A DNA stretch of 32,000 nt from Geobacter metallireducens GS-15 (GCF_000012925.1 NC_007517.1:3030001-3062000); one strand, 5' to 3'; positions 16,147 through 24,722 are shown, counted from the stretch's first letter. A program made the numbers and translations. The notes: a model not told the origin generated them from the sequence alone.

Positions 16147-16196
16147 TGAATGGTCGTAATCGGGGGATGAATGGTTGCCGCGGGGAGACGAATGGG
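16147..16196 (-). promoter_or_regulatory. Three direct 8-bp boxes with exact 13-nt spacers (cstA sense: CCCATTCG-N13-ACCATTCA-N13-ACCATTCA); candidate LytTR/BtsR operator
   Basis: The plus strand reads TGAATGGT at 16147-16154 and at 16168-16175, and CGAATGGG at 16189-16196. The period is exactly 21 bp. The boxes lie 154-203 nt upstream of the cstA ATG and directly after the stop of the LytTR regulator gene. Confidence 0.5.
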
Positions 16197-16199
16197 GGC

Positions 16200-16928
16200 T
16201 CAGATATCGAAATACCTTTTTAGATCTTTCACGTTGTACCGGCTGACGGGGATTTCGGACTTCTCCCGGTCGTCCATGATCAGTTTGTAGCTGCCGTGGA
16301 ACCACGGCACGACCTCCCGGACATGGTTCGTGTTGACCAGGAAACTCCGGTGGACCCGGACGAAGCCCGAGGGGGAGAGCTTCTGCTCTAGTTCGTTGAG
16401 GGTGAAGCGGGTACGGTACCGCCCGTCGCCGGCATGGACGACGACCTCCCCCCCCTCGCTCCGGGCGAACAGGATCCGCTCCGGTGCGGTGGGGATGATA
16501 GTCTCGCCCCGATAGAGCGCTATCTTCCTGCCGGGTTCGCCGGGTTCCCGCCCCGCTGGGGGAGCGAGCGCCCGGGCGGCCTTCATCACCGTCTTCTCCA
16601 GGCGCTCCTTGTCGAAGGGCTTGAGCAGGTAGTCGAAGGCCTCCACCTCGAAGGCCTGGAGGGCATACTCCTGGAACGCCGTGGCGAAGACCAGCAACGG
16701 TCTTGTGGGAAGTTCGGCCAGGAACTGGGCCAGCTCCAACCCCGACAGGCCCGGCATCTGGATGTCAAGGAACACCAGCTGGGGGCGGGTCTGCCTGATC
16801 CCCTTGAGGGCCTCGGTGCCGTTGGCGGCCTCGCCGGCAACCTCCACCCCCTCCACGCGCTCCAGAAGGTACCTGAGCTCCCGCCGAGCCGGTGCCTCGT
16901 CGTCAACGATGAAGACTCTCATGAGCAT
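16200..16928 (-). CDS. LytR/AlgR-family response regulator (REC + LytTR DNA-binding domain), BtsR/YehT-like
   Basis: The track ORF 16200..17045 is trimmed to MLMRVFIVDDE. An alternative ATG at 16922 is equally well served by the G/A-rich SD. It has a REC domain (VFLDIQMPG, LLKPF) and a C-terminal LytTR domain (FVRVHRSFLVN). It overlaps the upstream kinase gene by about 20-26 nt. Confidence 0.88.
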   Translation of the reverse strand: MLMRVFIVDDEAPARRELRYLLERVEGVEVAGEAANGTEALKGIRQTRPQLVFLDIQMPGLSGLELAQFLAELPTRPLLVFATAFQEYALQAFEVEAFDYLLKPFDKERLEKTVMKAARALAPPAGREPGEPGRKIALYRGETIIPTAPERILFARSEGGEVVVHAGDGRYRTRFTLNELEQKLSPSGFVRVHRSFLVNTNHVREVVPWFHGSYKLIMDDREKSEIPVSRYNVKDLKRYFDI

Positions 16929-18633
16929 ACTCCCCCCTCCCCCCTTGGGGCACCGTGAATGACACGGTGGTCCCCGCTCCCGGGGTGCTTTCCACCCGCA
17001 GGGCATGCTCCGGCCCGTACAGCGCCGAGAGCCGGGCATTGACATTGTTCAGGGCAATCCCCGCCCCCTCCGTCGGGAGCTGACTCGATTCCCCGGAAAA
17101 GAGGCGGGCAACCTGCTCCGGGGGCATCCCCACCCCATTATCCCCCACCACGATCCTGACCACGCCCCCTTCCCGGTGGGCACCGACCCGGATCTCTCCC
17201 CCCTCCTCGCGGGGGAGGATGCCGTGCTTCAGGGCATTCTCCACGAGGGGCTGGAGGGTCAGGGTGGGAAGTTTGCAGCCCAGGGCCTCCTCGTCGACAT
17301 CGAACACCACCCTGAGCCGATCCTCGAAGCGCGCCTTTTCGATGGCAATGTAGGCGCGGCAGTGTTCAAGCTCGGTCGCCAGGGGAACGCTGTCCCCCCC
17401 GGGGTTGATGTTCCTGCGGAAGAAATCGGCGAGCTTCACCAGGAGGTCGGAAGCGGTCTCGGGACTGGTCCGGGTGTAGCTGATGATGGTGTTGATGGTG
17501 TTGAAGAGAAAGTGGGGGTTGATCTGCGCCTGCAACGCCCGGATTTCCGCCTCCCGGACGAGTTTTCGCTGGGCCTCCAGCTCCGAGATCTCCAGCTGGT
17601 TGGAAAAGAGGTGGGCAAGACCGTTGGCCAGCTCCATGTCGAGGGGGGTAATTCCCCCTTCCTTGAGCCGGTAGAGCTTCAGGGCCCCCACGGTGCGCTC
17701 CCGCTTCTTGAGGGGAACGATGATCGCCGAGCCGAGCCGGCACCCTTCGTGGGTACAGCCGATGTCGTCACGGGTCAGGGGGGTGGTGATCTCCCCCGAG
17801 GCGAGGGCAGACCTGGTGGAAGCGGTCAGAAGCGGCAAGCCGGGGCGGTGGTGATCCTCCTCGGCCCCGGTGTGGGCCAGGATGGCGGCCTCGTCGGTGA
17901 TGGCCACCGCATCGAGATCAGTCATCTCCCGGATGATCCGGGCCGTTGCCGCGGCAGACCCCTCGGTGAGCCCCCCCCGGAGGAAGGGGAGCGTGCGCAG
18001 GGCGATATTGAGGGCCGTCTGGGCCTGGACCGCGGCGAAGCGCTCCTTCTCCCGGAACACCGATGACACCAGTTCCACGAACAGGGCCAAGCCGATGGAG
18101 TTCACCAGGATCATGGGGAAGCCGATGACACTCACCAGGCTCACCGCCGCGGTGAAGGGCTTCGCCATGACAAGGAGGATCACCATCTGGAGGGTTTCCA
18201 CCGCGACCCCCGTGATAAAGGCCACGGCGGGATCGAACTGCCCCCTCTTGAGGCGGTGGTAGATGAGGCCGCCGGCAACCCCCTCCGCGATGGTCGCCAC
18301 CCCGCAGGCCGTCGCCGTGAAGCCCCCCACATCGATGAGAAAACGGTGCCCACCGGCGATGAGCCCGGCCCCGAAACCGACCAGGGGGCCGCCGAGGATC
18401 CCCCCGAGGGCCACCCCCACCACCCGCGAATTGGCGATGGCGTTCTGGATCGGCACCCCCATGTAGGTCCCAGCAATGCCGATGAAGCCGAAGAGAACCG
18501 ACAGGGTGAGCTTTTCGTAGCGGCTCGCCTTGCCGATCAGGAACCGCTTGACGATGGCGAAGCGCATGACCAGGATGAACGCGATGGCGAACAGCCCGAG
18601 GCGCTCCAGAAGATTCACGAGAAGGTGCAGCAT
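16903..18633 (-). CDS. LytS-type sensor histidine kinase (5TM LytS-YhcK receptor + GAF + His_kinase + HATPase), BtsS/YehU-like
   Basis: 576 aa. It has an N-terminal multi-TM region rich in G/A, a central GAF-like region, the NPHFLFNTINTI motif of LytS-type kinases, and a C-terminal ATPase (ENALKHG, DNGVGM). Confidence 0.88.
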   Translation of the reverse strand: MLHLLVNLLERLGLFAIAFILVMRFAIVKRFLIGKASRYEKLTLSVLFGFIGIAGTYMGVPIQNAIANSRVVGVALGGILGGPLVGFGAGLIAGGHRFLIDVGGFTATACGVATIAEGVAGGLIYHRLKRGQFDPAVAFITGVAVETLQMVILLVMAKPFTAAVSLVSVIGFPMILVNSIGLALFVELVSSVFREKERFAAVQAQTALNIALRTLPFLRGGLTEGSAAATARIIREMTDLDAVAITDEAAILAHTGAEEDHHRPGLPLLTASTRSALASGEITTPLTRDDIGCTHEGCRLGSAIIVPLKKRERTVGALKLYRLKEGGITPLDMELANGLAHLFSNQLEISELEAQRKLVREAEIRALQAQINPHFLFNTINTIISYTRTSPETASDLLVKLADFFRRNINPGGDSVPLATELEHCRAYIAIEKARFEDRLRVVFDVDEEALGCKLPTLTLQPLVENALKHGILPREEGGEIRVGAHREGGVVRIVVGDNGVGMPPEQVARLFSGESSQLPTEGAGIALNNVNARLSALYGPEHALRVESTPGAGTTVSFTVPQGGRGEYAHESLHR

Positions 18634-18689
18634 GGTCCTCCCCCCGCAGCGGTGCGATGCCTGTGTACTGTCAGCAGGTTACGGTTGTC

Positions 18690-18732
18690 GTCCCGCCCCT
18701 GTCAAGACTTGTAGTCTTCGGGGAAGCGGGAC
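18690..18732. other. Compound stem-loop GTCCCGCCCC...[AAGACT-TGT-AGTCTT]...GGGGaaGCGGGAC between the DUF502 stop and the lytS start
   Basis: Read directly from the sequence. It lies 11 nt after the DUF502 stop and has no U tract. On the minus strand it contains a TTGACA hexamer. Confidence 0.3.
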
Positions 18733-18742
18733 AGATACCCCC

Positions 18743-19333
18743 TCACGGCACCACCACGCCCCCCGATACCACGAACTTCACCGCATCCTCCACGGTCATG
18801 CCGCTCTCGTACACCTCATCCTCCCGAAAAAAGAGGGCAAAGCCCGACGTGGGGTTCGGCATGGTGGGAACGTAGACCACCACGAGCCGCTCCCCTTCCC
18901 GCTCCACCTCGGCGGTGACAAAGCCCACGGCCCGCACCCCCTTCCGGGGCCATTCCACGAACACGGCCCGGCGGTAGGAGCTCTTCCCTTCCTGGAACAC
19001 CTGGGTCAGCTGCTTGCTGGAGGTGTAGATGGATTTCACCAGGGGAATGCGCGCCAGGAGGGCATCCCACCAGCGAAGAAGCCGCTTCCCCATGACGTTG
19101 GCGGCCAGAAGCCCGGTCAGGTAAACCACCACGGCGCCGGTGATCATGCCGAGGCCGGGAAAATAGTAGTCGTGATTGGTGACTGCGATCAGAAGCCGGT
19201 CCAGGTAGGAGCCCAGGAGCCCGTCGGCGAAGCTGAAGAGGAACTTCAGGACGAAGATGGTGACCCCGACCGGAACCACCACGAAGAGCCCCGTGACGAA
19301 CCGCGATTTGAGATGGTTGATGACCTTTTCCAT
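18743..19333 (-). CDS. DUF502-family membrane protein
   Basis: The track ORF 18743..19402 is trimmed to MEKVINHLKSRF. That gives 196 aa. It has two N-terminal TM helices, then the conserved IPLVKSIY and VPTMPNPTSGF motifs typical of DUF502. Confidence 0.75.
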   Translation of the reverse strand: MEKVINHLKSRFVTGLFVVVPVGVTIFVLKFLFSFADGLLGSYLDRLLIAVTNHDYYFPGLGMITGAVVVYLTGLLAANVMGKRLLRWWDALLARIPLVKSIYTSSKQLTQVFQEGKSSYRRAVFVEWPRKGVRAVGFVTAEVEREGERLVVVYVPTMPNPTSGFALFFREDEVYESGMTVEDAVKFVVSGGVVVP

Positions 19334-19415
19334 ACCGAGCCCCTTGCAGTGCAAATTTCCGACGAAGATACCCCCGGCGCCGGCAAAGTCAACAGTTTCC
19401 AACTCCTCACCCCGG

Positions 19416-19448
19416 TTTCACGCCGCTGTGACATTTCCCTGCTACCCT
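19416..19448 (+). promoter_or_regulatory. Pho-box-like repeat TTTCAC-N5-TGTGAC, then -10-like TACCCT 10 nt downstream (psiE promoter candidate)
   Basis: Hexamers at 19416-19421 and 19427-19432 are phased at 11 bp. TACCCT is at 19443-19448, AAGGAG at 19471-19476 and the ATG at 19483. Confidence 0.35.
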
Positions 19449-19482
19449 TGCCCCAAAACAAACGAGAGAAAAAGGAGAGAGC

Positions 19483-19920
19483 ATGTGGAAAGAAAACGTC
19501 ATCGACCTGAAGCTCACGCGATTTTTCGAGATCTCGGCCCGGGCGCTGTTGAGCCTTCTTATCTTCGCTATTCTGCTGGCCATCCTGGCGGCCATCATCG
19601 GCACCTTCCACGACCTGCGGCTGGTCATGGGGCACGATATGCACGGGGCCTTCAGGACCATCCTGGTGGATGTGCTGACGGTGCTGGCCATCGTGGAGGT
19701 CCTCCGCACGGCCCTTGCCTACTTTACTGAGGGACGGGTGAAGGTGACCTACATCATCGACACGGTACTGGTCACGGTGCTGACCGAGGTGATGGCCTTC
19801 TGGTACCGGGACATGAACTGGGAAAAGATCACCATGGTGATCGCCCTGGTCCTGTCGCTGGCAGCGGTGCGGATCATCACCGTGCGCTTCTCCCCCCGTC
19901 GGCTCCGGGAGGAGTTGTAA
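19483..19920 (+). CDS. psiE: PsiE-like phosphate-starvation-inducible membrane protein
   Basis: 145 aa with four predicted TM helices. Its size and pattern (ILVDVLTVLAIVEVLR..., YIIDTVLVTVLTEV) fit the PsiE family. It is immediately upstream of pstS. Confidence 0.65.
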   Translation: MWKENVIDLKLTRFFEISARALLSLLIFAILLAILAAIIGTFHDLRLVMGHDMHGAFRTILVDVLTVLAIVEVLRTALAYFTEGRVKVTYIIDTVLVTVLTEVMAFWYRDMNWEKITMVIALVLSLAAVRIITVRFSPRRLREEL

Positions 19921-19980
19921 CAGTGGGAGGAGTCCGTTTCAGCGACGGTTTTCAGGTTTTTCAGAGGATCTTTGCATGGT

Positions 19981-20014
19981 CGTAACCTGAATGTAACAGA
20001 AGCCAGCCTATTAT
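19981..20014 (+). promoter_or_regulatory. Pho-box-like repeat CGTAAC-N5-TGTAAC, then -10-like TATTAT 11 nt downstream (pstS promoter candidate)
   Basis: Hexamers at 19981-19986 and 19992-19997 are phased at 11 bp. TATTAT is at 20009-20014, CAGGAGG at 20040-20046 and the ATG at 20053. Confidence 0.45.
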
Positions 20015-20052
20015 CACGCATGTGTTGAAAACAAATTCCCAGGAGGAACCAG

Positions 20053-21081
20053 ATGCTCAAAGCATTACGGAAAAGTCTCGCGATCCTCGCGACTCTGGCA
20101 GTAACCGCCGCGGCCGGCCAGGCCGGTGCGGAAACCCTCATCAACGGCGCAGGCGCCACCTTCCCCTACCCGCTCTACTCCAAGTGGTTCAGCGAGTACG
20201 CCAAGATCGATCCCTCGGTGAAATTCAACTACCAGTCCATCGGCAGCGGCGGCGGCATCAAGCAGATCACTGCCCAGACCGTCGACTTCGGCGCCAGCGA
20301 CAAGTTCCTGAGCGATGCGGAACTGAAGGCGGCCCCCGGCAAGCTCCTCCACATTCCGACCGTCATGGGTGCGGTCGTCGTAACCTACAACCTTCCGGGC
20401 GCTCCGAAGGGGCTGAAGCTCAAGGCTGAAGACGTGGCCGACATCTTCCTCGGCAAGATCAGCAAGTGGAACGATCCGCGCATCGCAGACGACAACCCCG
20501 GCGTCAAGCTTCCCAATAGCCCGATCATCGTCGTGCACCGCTCCGACGGCAGCGGCACCACCAGCATCTTCACCGACTTCCTCTCCGGCGTGAACCAGGA
20601 GTGGGCCAAGAAGGTCGGCAAAGGTGCCTCGGTCAAGTGGCCCATCGGCCTCGGCGGCAAGGGGAACGAGGGTGTTGCCGGCCAGATCAAGACCACTGCA
20701 AACTCCATCGGCTATGTTGAGCTTGCCTATGCCTTCGAGAACAAGCTCCCCTACGCGACCCTCAAGAACAAGAGCGGCAGCTGGGTAGTCCCCTCCATCC
20801 AGACGACGAGCGCAGCGGCAGCCGCAGCCGTCAAACACATGCCGGCTGATTACCGGATCTCCCTGGTGAACCAGCCGGGCAAGGACGCCTACCCCATCGT
20901 CGGCTTCACCTGGCTCCTCGTGTACGAAAAGCAGAAAGACGCCGTCAAAGGGAAAAAGCTGGTGGAATTCCTGAACTGGAGCCTCCGCAACGGCCAGAAG
21001 ATGGCAGCACCGCTCCTCTACGCGCCGCTCCCCGAGAACGTCAAGAAGATGGTGGAGAAGACCATCAAGACCGTCAAGTAA
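20053..21081 (+). CDS. pstS: Phosphate ABC transporter substrate-binding protein
   Basis: 342 aa with a signal peptide (ATLAVTAAAGQAGA) and the PstS motifs GAGATFPYPLYSKW and RSDGSGTT. Confidence 0.93.
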   Translation: MLKALRKSLAILATLAVTAAAGQAGAETLINGAGATFPYPLYSKWFSEYAKIDPSVKFNYQSIGSGGGIKQITAQTVDFGASDKFLSDAELKAAPGKLLHIPTVMGAVVVTYNLPGAPKGLKLKAEDVADIFLGKISKWNDPRIADDNPGVKLPNSPIIVVHRSDGSGTTSIFTDFLSGVNQEWAKKVGKGASVKWPIGLGGKGNEGVAGQIKTTANSIGYVELAYAFENKLPYATLKNKSGSWVVPSIQTTSAAAAAAVKHMPADYRISLVNQPGKDAYPIVGFTWLLVYEKQKDAVKGKKLVEFLNWSLRNGQKMAAPLLYAPLPENVKKMVEKTIKTVK

Positions 21082-21093
21082 TCAGCGCCTGAA

Positions 21094-21132
21094 GCCCGGC
21101 GGCCCGCTTCAGTGAAGCGGCGTCCGCCGGGC
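21094..21132 (+). terminator. Long GC-rich intercistronic stem-loop after pstS (partial terminator or mRNA-stabiliser type)
   Basis: GCCCGGCGGCCCGCTTC, AGT, then GAAGCGGCGTCCGCCGGGC pair with one internal bulge. The following sequence is ATCTTTGTGTG, which is only a weak U tract. Confidence 0.45.
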
Positions 21133-21271
21133 ATCTTTGTGTGTCTGCGATTGTTACAGCATCATTAAAATCATGCAACAACTGGCTACATCAGAAAACA
21201 AAGGCTCCATCATGCCCAATGATCCCGGAGAACTGACTCTCAAGCAACCAACCGGATGTACGGAGAAGACG

Positions 21272-22231
21272 GTGACTAACGAGACTCCTTCACCCCCGAT
21301 TGCCCCAAGTAAAAGGCTGAATGCCGATCTTGTCTTCAAGGCTGTCACCGCCGCATTCGCCTTCAGCATCCTGCTCATCCTGGCCCTCATGACCCTGGAG
21401 ATGGTCAAGGAAAGCCTCCCGGCCATCAAGGCCTTCGGCTGGAAATTCGCCGGCAGCTCCGACTGGGATGCGGTCCAGGGAATTTTTGGTGCCCTCCCCT
21501 ACATCTGGGGTTCGGTGGTCTCCTCCCTCCTCGCCCTGGCTCTGGCCACCCCCCTCAGCGTCGGGACAGCCCTCTTCGTCACGGAGATAGCACCCAAGAG
21601 GTTCGGCGGCGCGGTGGCGGCCCTGGTCGAGCTTCTGGCGGCCATCCCCAGCGTCATCTACGGTCTGTGGGGAATTTTGGTGATGGCCCCGTGGCTCCAG
21701 CAGACGGTGCAGCCGTTTCTCAGCGACCACCTCGGGTTCCTTCCCTTCTTCCAGGGGGCTCCCTACGGCGTCAGCATGCTGGCCGCGGTCTTTATCCTGA
21801 TGATCATGGTCGTCCCGATCATAACCTCCATCACCAAGGAGGTCCTTCTTGCCGTTCCCCAAAGCCAGCGCGAAGCGGCCATCGCTCTCGGTGCCACCCG
21901 CTGGGAGATGATCCGGATGGCGGTTCTCCCCTACGGACGCTCCGGGATCCTCGGGGCGGTGATCCTCGGCCTCGGCCGGGCCATCGGCGAGACCATGGCG
22001 GTCACCATGGTGATCGGCAACACGCCGCAGATATCCCTTTCGCTCCTCTCCCCGGCCTACACCATGCCGAGCGTCATCGCCAACGAGTTCGCCGAGACCA
22101 CCTCCAAGCTCCACGCCTCCGCCCTCATGGAGATCGGACTCCTCCTTCTGGTGGTCACCCTGGTCATCAACGTCATGGCGCGGCTCCTCCTCTGGGGGAT
22201 GACGCGGCAGGCGGCAGGAGGCGCGAAATAA
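21272..22231 (+). CDS. pstC: Phosphate ABC transporter permease PstC
   Basis: This is the frame of track ORF 21137..22231. I prefer the GTG at 21272, which has GGAG 6 nt upstream and gives 319 aa. In-frame alternatives are 21137 (TTG), 21173 and 21212 (ATG). The EAA-loop motif is [12 protein letters not shown]. Confidence 0.88.
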   Translation: MTNETPSPPIAPSKRLNADLVFKAVTAAFAFSILLILALMTLEMVKESLPAIKAFGWKFAGSSDWDAVQGIFGALPYIWGSVVSSLLALALATPLSVGTALFVTEIAPKRFGGAVAALVELLAAIPSVIYGLWGILVMAPWLQQTVQPFLSDHLGFLPFFQGAPYGVSMLAAVFILMIMVVPIITSITKEVLLAVPQSQREAAIALGATRWEMIRMAVLPYGRSGILGAVILGLGRAIGETMAVTMVIGNTPQISLSLLSPAYTMPSVIANEFAETTSKLHASALMEIGLLLLVVTLVINVMARLLLWGMTRQAAGGAK

Positions 22232-23070
22232 TGAACATCGTCACTCGCCGGAACCTGAAAAACTCCATAATCACCATTTCCATGGTCTGCGCCACCGTGG
22301 CCGTCCTCGTGCCGCTGGGGCTGATCTTCTTCCACATCATGAAGATGGGGGCCAGCTCCATCAACCTGGACTTCTTCATCCACATCCCGAAACCGACCGG
22401 AGAAACCGGTGGCGGGATGGCCAACGGCATGGTGGGGTCGGCGCTCCTGATCGCGCTTGCTTCCACCATCGGCATACCGGTCGGGGTCTTCGGGGCCCTC
22501 TACCTGGTGGAGTTCGGCGGAAGCCGCATCTCCAACACCGTCCGCTTTGCCGCGGATGTCCTCTCCGGCGTGCCGTCCATCATCACCGGCATGGTGGCCT
22601 ACACCCTCCTGGTGGTGCCGATGAAGGGCTTCTCCGCCCTGGCCGGAGCCGTGGCCCTGTCGCTCATCATGGTCCCCATCGTGCTCCGCACCACCGAGGA
22701 ACAGTTGAAGATGGTTCCCGGTTCCCTGCGGGAGGCCTCCCTGGCTCTGGGAGTGCCCCTCTGGCGCACGAGCCTCAAGGTGACCCTGAGGAGCGCCACG
22801 AAAGGGGTCATGACCGGCATCCTCCTGGCCATTGCCCGGATCGCCGGCGAAACCGCTCCGCTCCTCTTCACCGCCCTGGGGAACCAGTTCTGGAGCAAGA
22901 AGCTGACCGAGCCGATCGCCGCCATGCCGCTGCAGATCTTCAACTTCGCCATCGCCCCCTACGAAGACTGGCACAAGCTTGCCTGGGCGGGAGCCCTGGT
23001 CCTCGTGACGATCATGTTCGGGTTGAGCCTCACGGCCCGCTACCTGGGCAGAAGCAGACAGCAGTCGTAA
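22231..23070 (+). CDS. pstA: Phosphate ABC transporter permease PstA
   Basis: The ATG at 22231 overlaps the pstC stop (TAATG). The protein starts [16 protein letters not shown] and is 279 aa. The EAA-loop motif is [12 protein letters not shown]. The track shows it fused to an upstream read-through frame (21667..23070). Confidence 0.9.
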   Translation: MNIVTRRNLKNSIITISMVCATVAVLVPLGLIFFHIMKMGASSINLDFFIHIPKPTGETGGGMANGMVGSALLIALASTIGIPVGVFGALYLVEFGGSRISNTVRFAADVLSGVPSIITGMVAYTLLVVPMKGFSALAGAVALSLIMVPIVLRTTEEQLKMVPGSLREASLALGVPLWRTSLKVTLRSATKGVMTGILLAIARIAGETAPLLFTALGNQFWSKKLTEPIAAMPLQIFNFAIAPYEDWHKLAWAGALVLVTIMFGLSLTARYLGRSRQQS

Positions 23071-23090
23071 CCATTTATCCAGAGGAACCC

Positions 23091-23849
23091 ATGAACACCA
23101 AGGTCAAAATCGACAAACTGAATGTACACTTCGGGCAGACCCACGCGGTCAAGGATGTCTCCATCGACGTCCCCGAAAACACCGTCACCGCCATCATCGG
23201 GCCGTCGGGGTGCGGCAAGTCCACCATGCTCCGCTCCCTCAACCGGATGCACGATCTCTTTCCCAACGCCCGCGTAACCGGAAAGGTCCTCCTGGACGGC
23301 AACGACATCTATGACCGCAAGGTCGATCCGGTCTCCATCCGGCGCCGCGTCGGCATGGTCTTCCAGAAACCGAACCCCTTCCCTGCCATGTCCATTTACG
23401 ATAATGTGGTGGCAGGGTACAAACTGAACGGGCGCGTGAAGAAGAGCGATGCCGACGAGATCGTCGAAACCAGCCTGCGCCGGGTGGCCCTCTGGGACGA
23501 GGTCAAGGACCGCCTCAAGAGCAACTCCATGGAGCTCTCCGGTGGCCAGCAGCAGCGGCTCTGCATTGCCCGGACCATTGCCGTGCAGCCGGAAGTCATC
23601 CTCATGGACGAGCCCGCATCGGCCCTCGACCCGATTTCCACCCTGAAGATCGAGGAACTGATAGAAGAGCTGACGGAGAAGTACACCATCATCATCGTCA
23701 CCCACAACATGCAGCAGGCGGCCCGGGTCTCCGACTACACCGCCTTCTTCTACATGGGTGACCTGGTCGAGTGGGGCGAGACCAAGAAGCTTTTCACCAC
23801 CCCCGAGAAGAAGCAGACCGAAGATTACATTACGGGACGTTTCGGGTAG
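23091..23849 (+). CDS. pstB: Phosphate ABC transporter ATP-binding protein
   Basis: 252 aa with Walker [10 protein letters not shown], signature LSGGQQQRL, Walker B ILMDEP and H-loop THNM. Confidence 0.95.
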   Translation: MNTKVKIDKLNVHFGQTHAVKDVSIDVPENTVTAIIGPSGCGKSTMLRSLNRMHDLFPNARVTGKVLLDGNDIYDRKVDPVSIRRRVGMVFQKPNPFPAMSIYDNVVAGYKLNGRVKKSDADEIVETSLRRVALWDEVKDRLKSNSMELSGGQQQRLCIARTIAVQPEVILMDEPASALDPISTLKIEELIEELTEKYTIIIVTHNMQQAARVSDYTAFFYMGDLVEWGETKKLFTTPEKKQTEDYITGRFG

Positions 23850-23896
23850 ACCTGAAATACCCCACAAAAAATCTAATTTTCACCCTGGAGACATGG

Positions 23897-24586
23897 ATGG
23901 AACGCGAGCATTTCAGCAGACATTTTGACGAAGAACTGAACGAGATCAGAAACAAGCTCCTGGAGATGGGGGGCAAGGTGGAGCAGATGATCTCCGATGC
24001 CATGAAGTCCCTGGTGGATCGGGACTCGGACCTGGCCCGGCGCCTCATCGCCACGGACCACCAGATCAACCACCTGGAACTGGAGATCGATGAGAAGTGC
24101 CTCCAGGTGTTGGCCCGGCGGCAGCCTGCGGCCCGGGACCTCCGCTTCATCACCCTGGCCCTCAAGATCGTTACCGACCTGGAGCGGATCGGCGACCAGT
24201 GCACCAGCGTGGCCAAGCGGGTCGTGGAGCTGAACGAGGAGCCGCCGCTCAAGCCCTATATCGACCTCCCCCGCATGTCCGCGGCGGCAGGGACCATGGT
24301 GAAGGAAGCCCTCGACGCCTTTGTCCGGGGCGATGCCGAACTGGCCATCAAGGTCTGCAAGGAAGACGCCTTCGTGGACGGCCTCAACGACCAGATCCAG
24401 CGGGAGCTCCTCACCTTCATGATGGAAGACCCCTCAAGCATCACCCGGGCCATGAAGCTCCTCTACATCTCCAAGTACATGGAGCGGATCGCCGACCACG
24501 CCACCAACGTGGCCGAGATGGTGATCTTCATGGTCAAGGGGAAGGACATCCGCCACACGGCGCCGCCGAGCGGCGAGATTGCATAG
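23897..24586 (+). CDS. phoU: Phosphate signalling complex protein PhoU
   Basis: The track ORF 23771..24586 is trimmed to MEREHFSRHFDEEL, which has GGAG 6 nt upstream. That gives 229 aa. It has two PhoU repeats with the LERIGDQ and MERIADHATN motifs. Confidence 0.92.
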   Translation: MEREHFSRHFDEELNEIRNKLLEMGGKVEQMISDAMKSLVDRDSDLARRLIATDHQINHLELEIDEKCLQVLARRQPAARDLRFITLALKIVTDLERIGDQCTSVAKRVVELNEEPPLKPYIDLPRMSAAAGTMVKEALDAFVRGDAELAIKVCKEDAFVDGLNDQIQRELLTFMMEDPSSITRAMKLLYISKYMERIADHATNVAEMVIFMVKGKDIRHTAPPSGEIA

Positions 24587-24595
24587 GCTATCACC

Positions 24596-24621
24596 GGGGC
24601 GCGTCAGGCGCCCCTTTTTTT
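24596..24621 (+). terminator. Rho-independent terminator of the pst-phoU operon
   Basis: GGGGCGC, GTCAG, GCGCCCC, followed by T7. It starts 10 nt after the phoU stop. Confidence 0.75.
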
Positions 24622-24722
24622 GTCCCTCTCCCCACCCACCTTTCACTCCGCCGTAACCCAGCGTTAACACTGGCCTTATACATTAACAGCATTGTATCTA
24701 CCCTCTGAAGGAGGCATGCCGC

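Noticed and set aside
17005-18066. 353-aa plus-strand ORF, plus 18256..18714 and 18530..19510, over lytS and the DUF502 gene
   Set aside because: They are antisense to well-supported genes, have low-complexity composition, and lack a start context.
21290-23867. Three long minus-strand ORFs (21290..22114, 22057..22974, 23040..23867) across pstC, pstA and pstB
   Set aside because: They are antisense to canonical pst genes (EAA loops, Walker motifs). The translations are dominated by G, D, H, R, P and E.
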